A stretch of 64,000 nucleotides of DNA from Octopus sinensis (GCF_006345805.1 NC_043010.1:35712001-35776000), one strand, 5' to 3'; positions 38,926-53,675 are shown, counted from the stretch's first letter. Numbers and translations are program-made. The notes: generated by a model not told the origin, from the sequence alone.

Positions 38926-41114
38926 AGCATAGAAACTGTAAGTTTATAATAGTTTATTTCTCAAAACTAAAAACGAAGAAACAAATGCAAAAAATAACAA
39001 AATCACTAATCAAATTTGAACTTATACATTGTGATCTAAATTGAGGATAAAATTAGAAAAAACAAGTTTAATTATTAATGTTTATTTTAAGTGTTATTAT
39101 AAATTATGAAACAGGTTTAATTAATTAACTTTAATCACAATAACTCAGGCCTGCTTCTCACTGTTACAATTGAAAGTAACAGTGAGAAATAGAACAGAAG
39201 TGGCTATATCCAGGACAAAAGCCAAGGCTGTTGTTATCTATTGCACATCTGTTGCTTTTTAAAGAATGCTTCTGACATCACACCCAGAACATCTGATACC
39301 CTGAGCTATGTACTGGTGCAATGGAAGGGTGTTTTGTTGTTGTTAAGTAAGCTACTTCAAAAGGAATATTTGTTTGAAAGGTGTTGAGATATGAAGGGTA
39401 ACCTTGAACATTATCAGTTACCAATTATGATTTTAAGGTTGAGTTCTTGGCAATTTATTTTCTCTGTTGGGTAATAGTTTGAAACACACTACTCCATGAT
39501 GAAAATTTCCATTATTATGCTGGTTTGTTTTTGTTTGATTTCCATATTGTAGGCTGATGCCTCATTGATCCTCATAAGATCAGTTTCCTGGTTTCCATGG
39601 AACATATATTTCCCCATGAACAGGATTACTCACTTTTATCAGCTGAATGAATTGAAGAAATGAGAAATGAAGTGTTTTGCTCAAGAACACAATGCACACC
39701 CCAGTCCAGGAATTGAAACCACAATCTTATGACCATAACTACTATGTCCTAACTACTAAGCTATGCACCTCCACCTGATGCCTCAATGGTGGTAGTTTTT
39801 CCTCTTCTCACATGACCGCTGGCCAACTACAGCTTTTTCGCTTCGGGCCAGCGCCACGATAACATCGGTTCCTTCGTCTGCCGTAAGGCATTATTTTTCG
39901 AATACGCCAGCTGAGTTCAATTCGTCTAAGTCGAAAGATGCCTGTTGTTATGTCCTGTTATTATTATTATTATTGTTTTTTGTATTTATATTCGTATTAT
40001 TTTTTGTTTTTTGTATTTATATTCACGTAACATCGTCCGTTTTTCTGTCCTTGTTTCATATACATTCGATCCTTTTTCCAAGAAATCTAATGCTCGTAGC
40101 TTAGTTTTTCCTTGGGGCTGGCCAGATCAGAGCAATCTCAAGATTAATCAGCCGAAATTGCGAGGATGATCCGGTTCTTTACTGAAGATTAGAGGCTTTG
40201 AATGACCCGTCCATGTTTTTTATATTGTCTATTTGAATGTTTTGCATTCTTGTCCTATTTTGTATTTTTATATAAACACCATCTGGCAGTTGGATTAAAT
40301 GGTTTTATTTAACCTTGGGCCTCAAAGCATTTTCTTTCTTACTGCCCTAGATGAAAATCTGGGATAACATTCTTTTCCACAGCACTGCAAGGAATGTTTA
40401 ATCTACAATGGCTGTAAGTTGGCGAGAGTAGTTGCCATATTAATGATACACTTAACCCTCTCAAACCTGTGCGCCTATGTCTAACTTTATCCACTGCCTG
40501 GGTTCCTGAGCAAAAACAATAAATAGTTACATATACAGCTCAAGAGTAATGGCTGCAAATTAAAGGACAAAATTACAAAAAAATTCAGGTCAATAACAAT
40601 AATAAGGTCTTTCTCTCAACTTAGTGTATTTATTCATTGTAGGCAAAGTAATGGAAAGAATCACAAAAGAAAAATTCAGGAGAATATAAATAATAGGCCT
40701 ATCTCTCAATTACTGTATTTGTTCATCCAAATCACTATTTTCCTCATCGTTTTCACCTTTTTAATTGTCCAAATCATTCTCATTGCTCAAGTAAGGGTAA
40801 AGTCTTCATCCAAAGAATAAATATTATTAATTATTTCCCCAGCTGCAAAGAGTCTAGGCCTTGCTCATTTACAAGACAAAGTGCTGGGTACATCATACAC
40901 TCGTTTCATTGCAAGATCATTTTTAAAAATTAGAAACAAAAGTAAACAACAGCCAAGGAAGACACCATTAAAAATAAGTCATAAACACACTTGACTACAA
41001 AACTGCAACATGATCAGTTGTCTATTCTTTATATCTTATCTTCTTTTTCTATGTGTTGTTGAATACTGCTTTACTAGGAATCTGGTAGAGATTACATTTA
41101 TGCTATTCCCGGAA

Positions 41115-41432
41115 TGTGGAGGCGCAATGGCCCAGTGATTAGGGCAGCGGACTTGCGGTCGGAGGATCGCGGTTTTGATTCCCAGACCGGGTGTTGTGTG
41201 TGTTTATTGAGCAAAACACCTAAAAGCTCCATGAGGCTCCGGCAGGGCGGTGGGGTGGTGACCCCTGTTGTACTCTTTCGCCACAACTTTCTCTCACTCT
41301 GTCTTCCTGTTTCTTGAGTAACGCTGTGATGGACTGGTGTTCCGTCCAGCTGGGGGGAACACATACACCACAGAAACCGGGAAACCGGGCCCATGAGCCT
41401 GGTTAGGCTTGAAAAGGGCGACGTTTATCATT
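41115..41432 (+). mobile_element. CpG-rich tRNA-derived SINE (distinct family)
   Basis: tRNA-like head ggaggcgcaatggcccagtgattagggcagcggacttgcggtcggaggatcgcggttttgattccc followed by a non-tRNA body. Confidence 0.78.
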
Positions 41433-41899
41433 TTATTCCTGGTATACTAGGAACATGGTGTGATAGGGTTAAGAACCAGGAGACTTAGTAGTCTGTGTTT
41501 CTAGTTTAATTAGACATACTGAAGCTGTGCAGATTATGCTGTTGTTTGATTCTATGCAGCCAACCTCTACTAGCTGTATACAATAGAAGAGGTTGGTTTT
41601 ATAGATCCAAATGATTGCAAATGTAAATTTTTCTTCTAAGTGTCTGAAAGAACTCATTACATTTTCAATTATGATTGTAACTGAATAAGTAATGAGCACT
41701 TAATCCTTTTGCATTTAAACTCACCTCTCAGACTCATATATTCTACCTGTTTTATGTTCAAACTGGCTGGGGTCAGCATCCCACACCTACCATATGATGT
41801 CATTCCAAAAATATACAATCAACATAATTGAAGTTATGTACATATATCATCATCATCATCGTTTAGCGTCCGTTTTCCATGCTAGCATGGGTTGGACGG

Positions 41900-42013
<114 letters not shown>

Positions 42014-42828
42014 TTCAGCAAAATTTAGATTCAAATGAATATGGTACTTAAGTTGGATGCACCAGAATTCTGTATGGTGTTATCCATATAAATCCATGGG
42101 ATGATTATAATCAAAATAAGCAACAAGAATAACTTGATATGAAAATTATGTATTAATGGAAAACCTCTATTAATGGCTGATGAGTGCTCAGCATTTTAAA
42201 ACCGTTGTAATACTTACAACATTTTCCGCCAAGGTCGACTTTACCTTTCATCCTTTCGGGGTCGATAAATAAAGTACCAGCTTCCAACTGGGGTCGATGT
42301 AATCGACTTAATCCCTTTGTCTGTCCTTGTTTGTCCCGTCTATGTTTAGCCCCTTGTGGGCAGTAAAGAAATACATTTAATAAAAGGATATATATATATA
42401 TATATATACAACAGGCTTCTTTCAGTTTCTATCTACTAAATCCACTCATAAGGCTTTGGCCGGCCTGAGGCTATAGTAGAAGAGACTTGCCCAAGGTGCC
42501 ACGCATGGGACTCTACCCGGAACCGTGTGGTTGGGAAGCATGCTTTTTACCACACAGCCATGCTGTGCCTATGTCAAGCTTTAATTAGCATATTTGAAAA
42601 TATTCAGGTTCATTTGGAGTTGCAGGTTGTTTTGCATGCGTGACAGGTGGAAAAATTGTGAGAACAATGTGAGTGAATGTGAGAATATTCATAAGTAAGA
42701 ATCCATAGTTTTTTGTAGTAATTGTTAAATTAATAAGGTTATTCTACTGAAATGGGATGGGGGAGAATACTATAGCAAATTAGACCTAAATGGATTTGCA
42801 ATATACAAGGAACAATGTGTCTGTGCAT

Positions 42829-42874
<46 letters not shown>

Positions 42875-42949
42875 CGAGAAGCTTTATGAAAATAAACAAA
42901 AGACGAAGGCAGGTGGAGTACAAACAAACAATTGTATTGTATGAGTGTA

Positions 42950-43221
42950 TGTGTAGGAGTGGGTGTGTGGTAAGTAGCTTGCTTACCAACCACATGGTTC
43001 CGGGTTCAGTCCCACTGCGTGGTACCTTGGGCAAGTGTCTTCTACTGTAGCCTCGGGCTGACTAAAGCTTTGTGAGTGGATTTGGTAGGCGGAAACTGAA
43101 AGAAGCTTGTCGCATATATGTATATATATGCCTGTGTGTGTATATGTGTGTGTGTCTGTTTTTGTTTCCCCAACATCGCTTGACAACCGATGCTAGTGTG
43201 TATGTGTCCCCATAACTTAGC

Positions 43222-43225
<4 letters not shown>
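42950..43225 (+). mobile_element. tRNA-derived SINE (major family, 3'-truncated)
   Basis: Matches the family head and body. Confidence 0.85.
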
Positions 43226-43268
<43 letters not shown>

Positions 43269-43877
43269 ATGTATGTGTGTGTGTGTGTGCGTGTGTGTGT
43301 GTGTGTGTGTAGCATACCTGCACACGTATACTCATACACACATGTATGCACACATACACTGCATGCGTGTGAGTATGTATGTATCTATGTATATATACAT
43401 ACATGCATACTCACACACACGCATATATATATATATATATATGGACTTGTGGAGTGAACGATGGGCAGAGACATAAGCAAATGAGAAGGAGAGATACAGC
43501 ACCAGAGCGGATGAGAGACGAAATATAAGAAAGAAAGAGAAAAAGAAAAGGAAAGTGGGAAAGAGAGCGAGAGAGAGTAGAATTCTGGGAATTGGTAAAC
43601 GAATCGAAAAAAGATGTATTCCTCGAAATGGAAAGCACTTTGTGCACTGAACAGGATATGGTGATGATTGATTGTGAAACGTTTCTAGGGAAAAGATAGA
43701 AATACTCTGCTATATTTAATTATTTCCATTTACTTTCTGAGTTCTTGTTCTCCTGAAGTTGACTTTTGCCATTCATCCAAACGCAAACAAGATTGCTGAA
43801 ATCAAGTACTTGTTACGTAATGGCAGGAAAACAATCAGCTGTATATCCTATATCCGTGTTTGTATATATGTTCTGCG

Positions 43878-45870
43878 TAGTTAGTTAGTTAGTTAATTTT
43901 TTGGCTCAAAAAGCAAAAAGCAAGGCCATGTAGGGGGACATGGAGTTATGTACAGGGTGGTGTTCATGTAAAGAGTTCAGGCCACTTGAGGTCAAGGGAG
44001 ACTTTGAACAAAGCGGTCGTTGGCATCTTCACCATCTCGTCTGGCAGCTTGTTCCACGGATCCGCAACCCGGACGGAGAAAGCCCCTCTCCGATTGAGAT
44101 GAAATCGTCGCAGATAGAGCTTTTCGGAATGACCCCGCAGCCGACGCTCTGGAGCAGGAGTGAAGAACAACTCTTTCGAGAGGTTACACTTTCCACTTAT
44201 GATGTTGTGAGCGAGAATGAGATCACCACTGCGGCGGCGTTTTTCTAGAGAATAAAGGTCGAGCGTTTTCAGCCTTTCTTCATAAGACAAATTCTTGAGA
44301 CCATGAACCATGCGCGTAGCCAGCTTCTGGACTCTTTCGAGATGCTGTATGTCTTTGAGGAAATAAGGAGAAGAGGCTTGAATCCCATACTCCAATATGG
44401 GTCTCACCAGCGTGACATAGAGCGGTAGGAATATGGCTGCTGTGAGCATTCCGAATGACTGTCGAATCAAGAACAGAATTCCGCGTGCTTTGTTGGCAGC
44501 ATCGACGCACTGGGCCAAAGGCGAAAAGGAGGAATCCACCAAGATACCCAGGTCCTTTACCTGATCGGTCCTCTCCAGCAGCAGATGACCCGGCTCGAAA
44601 TCAATTTGAGTTGCAGGAGGAGAGCCAACAGGCAGATGACAGCACTTTGACACGTTCAGACACAGGTCCCATTCGTTAGACCAACTCCAAATTTGGTGGA
44701 GGCATCAACGAAGATCCTCTATATCATCGCGAGGAGCGACCAGTTTGACATCGTCGGCAAGTAGAAAGGTGTGTTACGTGAGGTCGTCGGGCAAGTCATT
44801 TATGAAGACTAAGAACAATAAGGGCCCAAGCACTGAACCTTGAGCACGCCACTGCTCGCACTGGAGACGTCGGACCACGAACCATTAACTTGGACTTGGA
44901 AGGAGCGATCTGAGAGGAAGGCACCAACCCATCGTACAATATCCGGATGGAAACTATATGCTTGAAGCTTGACAAGTAATAGGCGGTGGTTTACCGAGTG
45001 AAAAGCTTTGGCAAAGGCCAATAAAACGATGTCAACAGCATCACTATCATCAAGGATGCGCGTCACCAATTCTTCCATTACCAGTAAGTTGGTCAAGCAT
45101 GATCTCTTCGGCACAAAGCCGTGTTGGGAATCAGAGATAGAGGCTGTGTTTTGGAGGTGGAGCATCATACTTTTCTTAAGGATGGTTTCGAACATCTTGC
45201 TGATTATTGATGTAAGGGAAACAGGTCGGTAGTTAAGCGGGTCTTCGTGGCTCCCTTTCTTGAAAATTGGGCAGATTATCGCTGTTCTCCAGTCCGCAGG
45301 TATAATACCTGTTGCCAATGACATATTGAATAGACGTGTTAAGGGCTCGCAGATGACCGGAGCCAACGCTTTGATAACCCGTGGGTGTATGCCATCAGGG
45401 CTGTGACCCTTGTTGACATCGAGGCCTTGAATAACGCATTTGACTTCGTCCTGCGTGATGACCAATCGAAGCATTGGAGGTACCGATCTATCAAATGGAG
45501 GGGGTTCACGACCATCATCTTGTTTGAAAATAGTTGAAAAAGCCTCGGCAAATAATTGACTCTGTTGATAAGGGTCCTCAATCGATACACCTGTTGAGTC
45601 TACCAACGTTGCAATTTGGTTGTTCAAGCAGGAATTCCGTTGGACATGGGCAAAGAAGGTTTTTGGATTGCTACTGGCGTTTGCCGCGATTTTGTATTCA
45701 TATCTGAAGCGTTCTTCCTTTTCAATTTTCACAGCTCGGTCTCGTTGAGTTTTGTACACCTCAAAAGCTACAGTCGAATCCAGATTTTTGAATTCAGCCC
45801 AAGCAATATCTCTGAGTCGAAGTTCTCGTTTAACCTTCTTTGTCACCGAGGGCTTGTGTTTCTTCTTCAT
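43878..45870 (-). mobile_element. 5'-truncated CR1-clade LINE ORF2 (RT) with a (TAAC)n tail
   Basis: GHSPDGIHPRVIK, NYRPVSLTS, QHGFVPKRSCLTNLL, FAKAFHSVNH, LADDVKL, YVTLVRPILEY, LERVQKLATRMV, FSVRVADPWNKLP; few frameshifts; tagttagttagttagtta at 43878. Confidence 0.95.
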
Positions 45871-46694
45871 TCTTATGTATGTATTTATGTATGTATCTAT
45901 GTATGTATGCATGTATGTATGTGTGTATGTATGTATGTATGTATGTATGTAAGTATATATTCTTTTATTTGTTTCAGTCATTTGACTGCGGTCATGCTGG
46001 AGCACTGCCTTGAATATATATATATATATAGAGAGAGAGGGAAAGTGAAATAGATAGATAACTAGATAGATATAGGTAGCTAGTTGGACATAGATGGATA
46101 TAGATGGATATATATATATATAAAAACACATATATATATATATATATACATACATACATATATAGACATTACATATATAAGTATATATAAGTATGCATAT
46201 ATACATATGTGAAAGCGTGAGGCTTAGTGGTTAAGTGTTGAACTGAAGATTCTGGTTTCCATTCCTGGATTAGCTGATGCGTTGTGTTCTTGAGTAAAAC
46301 ACTTCGTTTCATGTTGTTCCTGTCCAGTCAAGTGAGTTCATAGCTTGCAGGAGGGCCTGCTGTGCTTGAGGAGACCTATTGAGTCAAGTACATCAACATC
46401 AAAATAAAAATTCAGATGGAAATTGTAGTTGTGATACTTGTGCCGGTGGCACGTAAAACGCACCAACCATTTATGGCCGTTGCCAGCCTCCTCTGGCCCC
46501 TGTGCCGGTGGCATGTAAAAAGCACCCACTACACTCACAGAGTAGTTGGCGTTAGGAAGGGCATCCAGCTGTAGAAACACTGCCAGATCAGACTGGAGCC
46601 TGGTGCAGCCTCCTGACTTTCCAGACCCCGGTCGAACTGTCCAACCCATGCTAGCATAGAAAGCGAACGTTAAACGATGATGATGATGATGATA

Positions 46695-47248
46695 TATCAG
46701 CAAGACTTTTGTTAGCCGCTCTCCAGCCATCTATTTAAAACTGTATACAGCTATGGTACGACCACACTTGGAATTCGCATCATCAGTTTGGAATCCCTAT
46801 CTTGCTCAGAACATTGACCTCCTGGAATCTGTCCAGAGACGTGCAACCAAACGCATACCCTCCATCAGACACCTACCATATTCTGAGCGCCTTGTTTCCC
46901 TGGGCATGGATTCACTGAAGTTCCGGCGTCTGGCGACGGACTTGGTAAACACCCACAAGGTTATCAACCACCTCACCAACAACAACACTGAACACCTTTT
47001 TGATCTCCATGTGTCTAACACACGTGGATATGCCTACAAAGTCAGAAAACAACACAGCTCCCATGACTTTCGGAAACATTTTTTCACGCTCAGAGTTACT
47101 GAAGCATGGAATAAACTGCCTGCGTCAGTTGTTGACTGCCATGACACTGCATCCTTTAAGGCCCTCATGCTTTCCGAAATCCGCCGAAACTACACCTGAT
47201 TATATATACACTTTAGATGAGTTGTAGTGCACCTGAGCACTGTACACA

Positions 47249-47277
<29 letters not shown>
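46695..47277 (+). mobile_element. CR1-clade LINE 3' fragment with an (ATT)n tail
   Basis: LYTAMVRPHLEFASSVWNPY...LESVQRRATKRIP...FFTLRVTEAWNKLP, stop at 47199, then (att)n. Confidence 0.92.
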
Positions 47278-47284
<7 letters not shown>

Positions 47285-47707
47285 TATATTAGAGTAGTAA
47301 AGTTCCTTCCTGAGTCCTATACACTCATAGGGTCGATTTCCTGGTTTTCATAGCGTATGTATTCCTCAGCTGAATGGGACGCCCATCTGTAGTAACAGGG
47401 TTACTAATTCTTGCCAGCTGAGTGGAGTGGAGCAACATGAAATGAAGTGTTTTGCTCAAGAATGCAACGTATCACCTGGTCCAGGAATTGAAACCACAAT
47501 CTTACGATTACAAGTCCAACACACTAACCACTAAGTAAACCACCCGAAACTCTCAGACCTTGAGTCACTCTGTTACTTCTGCTGACCACTGAACTTTACA
47601 TGTTTTTTCCATTCTCCCTCTGTTTATTTTCTCTTATTCCTTTCTGTTGAAAACTTTTTCATATCTCCTGAGCGTCAAGCTAATACACTTGCTTGTTGTT
47701 CATACAA

Positions 47708-47709
47708 CT

Positions 47710-47796
<87 letters not shown>

Positions 47797-47918
47797 TGTA
47801 TATATATATATACACATATACATAATATATAACACATATATATATATACATATATATACATATATATATACATATACATACATACATACATACATGCATG
47901 CATGCATACATACATACA

Positions 47919-47954
<36 letters not shown>

Positions 47955-48264
47955 TATGTATATATGTATATATTTATATATTTATATCTATATACACACA
48001 CATGCACACTCATAAATATATAAACACACACTCAATCACACACACTCATGCATTCATACTCATACATGCACACAGACCCTCCCACTCTCTCTCTCTTTCT
48101 CACACACACATTAATGTTTGTTTTTATGTTCAGTTCTAATAAATACCATTTTACATTAATCTGTTGGGTTACTCTATACTTTTGTAGAGTACAAATTTAT
48201 ACTCATTTAAGAATTATACATACATACATACATACATACATACATACATACATACATACATACA

Positions 48265-48298
<34 letters not shown>

Positions 48299-48312
48299 CA
48301 TACATACATACA
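47708..48312. repeat. Compound (TA)/(CA)/(TACA) microsatellites
   Basis: Direct inspection. Confidence 0.93.
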
Positions 48313-48682
48313 GTAAACTATATATACATATGTACATCTTCAAACAGACACATGCCTATGCATACAAACCCACACTCACCACCTACAGACATACATACAT
48401 TAAAAATAGTAAGGCATGTTTACACTGAGTGTTATCACTTTAAGTATTTAATACTTTGTGTATTTTATTCTAAGTGATTTTGCTATGTTTTCTCTTAAAT
48501 AAGCAACTTCAAGATCTCTCTCTTTCACTCATTCTATCTCTTTCAATCTTTCTTTCTGTACACACACAAATGTACATATTTATATGTTGAATCAACCACT
48601 TTTTAATATCCTCATTGTCAAAAATCCCTCCACATTTAGTCGTGGTGTGTGGGCTTTTGCATGTTCATTATGTATGTTATTC

Positions 48683-48760
<78 letters not shown>

Positions 48761-48774
48761 ACACATCTAAGCGT

Positions 48775-49120
48775 ACGAGTGGCTGTGTGGTTCCAGGTTC
48801 AGTCCCACTGCGTGGCACCTTGGGCAAGTGTCTTCTACTATAGCCTTGAGCCGACCAAAGCCTTGTGAGTGGATTTGGTAGACAGAAACTGAAAGAAGCC
48901 TGTCGTCTATATATATATGTATACATATTTGTATGTCTGTGTTTGTCACCCCACACTATCGCTTGACATCCCCATGACCTAGTGGCTTGGCCAAAGAGAC
49001 CGATAGAATAAGTACTAGGTGTGTGTGATTACAAAGAATAAGTCCTGGGGTCGATTTCTTCGACTAAAGGTAGTGCTCCAGCAAGGCTGCAATCAAATGA
49101 CTGAAACAAATAAAAGATTA
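48775..49120 (+). mobile_element. tRNA-derived SINE (major family, internal deletions)
   Basis: Matches the family consensus. Confidence 0.82.
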
Positions 49121-49277
49121 TGCAATGAGAACGGCTGGAGGTGAAACACTTGACAAAAAGCAATTAGGTGGCATGTCCAAGGTATATAAAAATACACAAA
49201 TTCTCAACTAAAGGTGTTGTTTCAGTAAGGCCACAGTCAAATGACTGAAACAAGTTAAAGAGTAAAAGTGTAAAAGA

Positions 49278-49948
49278 GTATGTATATGTGTGTGTGTGTG
49301 TTGTGGTGTGTGTGTTTGTGTGCGTGTGTTTGTTTGTGTGTGTTTGTGTGTATACACACACACACACATATATATATATACACATACATACATACATACA
49401 TACATGCATACATACATACATACATATATATATATTATATATATATATACACACACATATATACACACACAACACACACACACACACATATATATATGTA
49501 ATACGTCAATATATATGTATATATATATATATATTCTATATATATATATATATAATATATATATATAATTCATGCATGTGTGTGCGCGTGCAGGCGAGTG
49601 TGTGTGTAAGTATGTGTGTGTGTTGTATGTGTGAGTGTGTATGTGTGTATGTCTGTGTGTATGTGTGTGCGTATAGGAGTATGTAAGTATGTGTGTGTGT
49701 ATGTGTGTATGTGTATGGGTGTATGTATGTATGTGTGTGTGTGTGTGCATGTGTGTAAGTATATGTGTGTGTGCGTATATGTGTGTATGTGTGTGTGTTT
49801 ATGTATGTGTGTATGTGTGTGTATGTATGTATGTGTGTGTATGTGTGTGTGTGTGTGGGTATGTGTGTGTGTGTATGTGTGTGTGTAAGTATGTGTGCGT
49901 GTCCACCTCTTTGTGTTGTTGTCTTTTCTGTTTTCTCGTTTGGATTAA

Positions 49949-49982
<34 letters not shown>
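49278..49982. repeat. Compound (TG)/(TA)/(CA)/(TATG) microsatellite field
   Basis: Direct inspection. Confidence 0.93.
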
Positions 49983-49985
<3 letters not shown>

Positions 49986-50177
49986 CGTCAAGAATAACTT
50001 GTTTCTTTTAAAAGAGACAAAGAATTAATGAGGCAATAATAATTAAACATTGGTCATAGAACAAACATTAAAATAAGTTAACGACTTTATATATGGTATT
50101 AAACACACATCACATACAAATAAATGTTACCATGGTTTTCGTAATATATAAATCAAAATATAAGATATATAAGACAT

Positions 50178-50560
50178 ATAGGCATAGGAGTGTGGTAAGT
50201 AGCTTGCTTGCGAACCACATGGTTCCGGGTTCAGTCCCACTGTGGGGCACATGGGCAAGTGTCTTCTACTATAACCTCGGGCCGACCAAAGCCTTGCGAG
50301 TGGATTTGGTAGACAGAAACTGAAAGAAGCCTGTCGTATATGTGTGTGTGTGTCTGTGTTTGTCCTCCCAACATCGCTTGACAACCGATGCTGGTGGGTT
50401 TACGTCCCAGTAACTTAGAGGTTCGGCAAAAGAGACCGATAGAATAAGTACTAGGCTTACAAAGAATAAGTTCTGGGGTCGATTTGCTCGACTAAAAGGC
50501 TGTGCTCCAGCATGGCTACAGTCAAATGACTGAAACAAGTAAAAGAGTAAAGAGAGTAAG
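50178..50560 (+). mobile_element. tRNA-derived SINE (major family)
   Basis: Matches 11955-12385. Confidence 0.87.
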
Positions 50561-52082
50561 TCATACAAATACAGAAAACCACTGAAGGTAAAAATATACA
50601 TATATTCGAAAAGAACATGTATAGGAATGTCCTATCAAAAGACGACTAAAAATTTATAAAATACTTTAAAATACCAAAAATATGTCATGCTGAATGTTGG
50701 TACTTGTCTAAATAAAAAGTTTAATTAAGGTAAATTAAGAAAAACAACAACAATAACAAACCAGAAAAAGGTGGGTGGGAGTGGAATTCCAAACTAAGTC
50801 AAATAATCTTTAGTATTGATATGCTTGTAAATATCTTTAAACTTAGATTGCTTAGTCATAGAGTTTGGTAATGGGAAAAATATCTTGCTTTAACAAGTAC
50901 TTCTATCTTCATTTATCACTGATCTGCATAACATAGTACACTCACTAGTGAACCATGTTATGCTTGTTGTGAATTGATCTGTGGTAACATGGGTTCTGTG
51001 ATAAGATGCTCAAATCACAAAAGTGACCATCCACAAAGCTGAGAATAATTTGGGGTTTTGGAACAAAACTTATTTTCCCCACCCTTGTGTTCTATTATGA
51101 TTAATTTAAAATGGTATTTTTTTTAACCAAACATCCATGGCCATGTGATAAGAAGCTTGCTTCCTAACCACATGGGTCTGGGTTCAGTCCTGACTGTGTG
51201 ACATTTTGGCCAAGTGTCTTCTAGTATAGCACGGGACTGACCAAAGTTTTGTGAGTGGATTTGGTAGACAGAAACTGAAAGAAGGTGGTGATCTGGCTGA
51301 AATGTTAGCATGCCGGGCGAAATGTTTAGCAGTATATCATCTGCCGTTACGTTCTGAGTTCGAATTTTGCCGAGATCGACTTTGCCTTTCATCCTTTTGG
51401 GGTCAACAAATTAAGTACCAGTTACGTACTGAGGATGATGTAATCGACTTAATCCTTTTGTCTGTACTTGTTTGTCCCCTCTATGTTTAGCCCCTTGTTA
51501 GCAATAAAGAAATAAGAAACTGGAAGAAGCCCATTGTATATATGTGTGTGTGAGTGTCTGTGTGTGTGTACACGTGTGTGAGTGTATCTTTGTGTTTGTC
51601 TCATCGAAACGTTTAGCAGTCCAAGGAGAATAACTCTTCTAGACTTGATTTAATTTTAAATTTAAATGCAAGGTTAACAATTTCCGTTGAAAAAGGCTTA
51701 ATCGATTACATCGACTCCAGTTCTAATGTATAATTTATAAATTATACATTAGAACTATTGTATAATTTATAAATTATGCAATAGAACTCATGTATAATTT
51801 ATAAATTATACATTATAATATGAATTAGTATATATATTATATAATATATATATATAATATATATATATATCATGTAAAATCAAGTATATGTCAAATACAG
51901 AATGTGAGTATATATATATATATACTAATTCATATTTATAATGTATAATTTATACATTTTTATTCTTAATATTACAAAGTATAATTTTTAATTCGCAATT
52001 TTTAATCTTTAATGCTTAATTGTATTGCTTATTTTAAAATTTTTAAAGGGATGTAAAATTAGTTATATAATATTTTGAAATA

Positions 52083-52216
52083 GAACCTGAAGATGTGTTG
52101 GGATAATTGTAAATCTGTTAATTGCATACATGTATTTATATATGTATATATATGGGTATACAGTCGTGTATATGTATAAATATTGTAATCCTCCAATACT
52201 GAAACATGTGTAGTTC
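52083..52216 (+). ncRNA. Type I hammerhead motif with very long stem II
   Basis: gaac-CTGAAGA-t-gtgttgg...ccaatac-t-GAAAC-ATGT-GTA-gttc. Stem I gaac/gttc is perfect; the base of stem II is U-U. Confidence 0.68.
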
Positions 52217-52513
52217 CTTCATATTTAATAAATATAAGTATTAATTAAAGTATGATATAATTAATGAAGTACATTATATACCCAGCTGAAAATTTTGGTT
52301 ATATCCTTTAAGTATTATTTTGTGATGTGGAAACTGATACCATGAGTTTACTGTAAGATATACTCATTTTGTTATTTTTGTATCATATGAAATAGAATAC
52401 CCGCATATCGATTAATCCTCCCAAATTGAATATATAGTATATATATATATATATATAATACATACATACATATATATATATATCTATATATATGAATATA
52501 TATATACATACAT

Positions 52514-52592
<79 letters not shown>

Positions 52593-53261
52593 ATTAGTAT
52601 TATACACTTCTGTAACCATCGTAAAGATGCTTTAAAAACTTAATTCAAAACTTTTAAACTGTCATATACATTACATATTTATACTGATACATATTTACAT
52701 ATATTTTTTATATATATTTATATTTTTAATACAATAATTATTTTACCACATATATATCTTTCTGAAGAATTCTAATATTGATTTCCTAATATTAATATAT
52801 TATAATATATAATATATATATATATATATATATAATATATAAAGATATTATTGTTTATCAGTTGCTTAGCATGTGGAAGAAAACCCATAAAGGTATAAAT
52901 TACCAAGTAATAATTAAGGGTACTAACAAGCAGTACCGGCATGCTGACATAGCAGTCATAATGACCAAACCACAAGATTTTACTTAAACACAAAGGTGTT
53001 GCTCCAGCACGGGCTCAGTCCAGTGACTGAAACATGTAAATGATAAAAGATGCTTTTCAAAAATTTCTGTTTGTTTCACAATTTCTTCTTTTACCTTTAC
53101 TTTTAACATTATAGTTTTCACATTCTATTTTTAACTTTTCTTTCTATAATTTTAAAATTTCAGCTTCATCTTAATTTTTACTTTCAACTTTTGTTTTATT
53201 ATCTAGTATTTAATTTTTCAATTATATATATATATATCAGTTGCCATGATAGATCGTTAGC

Positions 53262-53675
53262 CACTACACAGATTTTTTCCTCATCTTGTTTTTTCTGTGT
53301 CCCTTTCTGTAGAAGAGCATAGGCTCGAAACGTAAAAGACTTTTTCTATTCCTGAGCGTTATACTAATATATCTGTTTATTTTGTACACCACTTGTCTTC
53401 GTCTTTGTTTTTTTTTGTAAACTCTCCCTATATATATATCATGTTGATTCACTAGCCTCTGCACGCATATTTTTTTTCTCTCCTTCTTTCTGTGTTTTTT
53501 CTCTGTGTATCTTTCTGTTGAAGAGCATAGGCTCGAAACGTTAAAGACTTGTTTTATTTATATTTCCTGAGTGCCATACTAATACAATTGTTTGTTTGTA
53601 TTCCACCTGCCTTCGTCTTTTGTTTATTTCCGTAAACCTGCCTTCATCTTTTGTCTATTTTCATAAAGCTTCCCG

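Noticed and set aside
40330-40507. Minus-strand exon candidate after tttttgctcag
   Set aside because: The open frames resemble no protein I recognise and the donor site is ambiguous.
41118-41192. tRNA gene
   Set aside because: The acceptor stem does not close and the sequence continues into a SINE body. The same holds for the other tRNA-like heads.
42175-42210. gctgatgagtgctcagc as a hammerhead
   Set aside because: No GAAA and no stem I or stem III partner downstream.
44809-46206. 465-aa ORF as a host gene
   Set aside because: The N-terminus is microsatellite and SINE read-through; the rest is CR1 reverse transcriptase.
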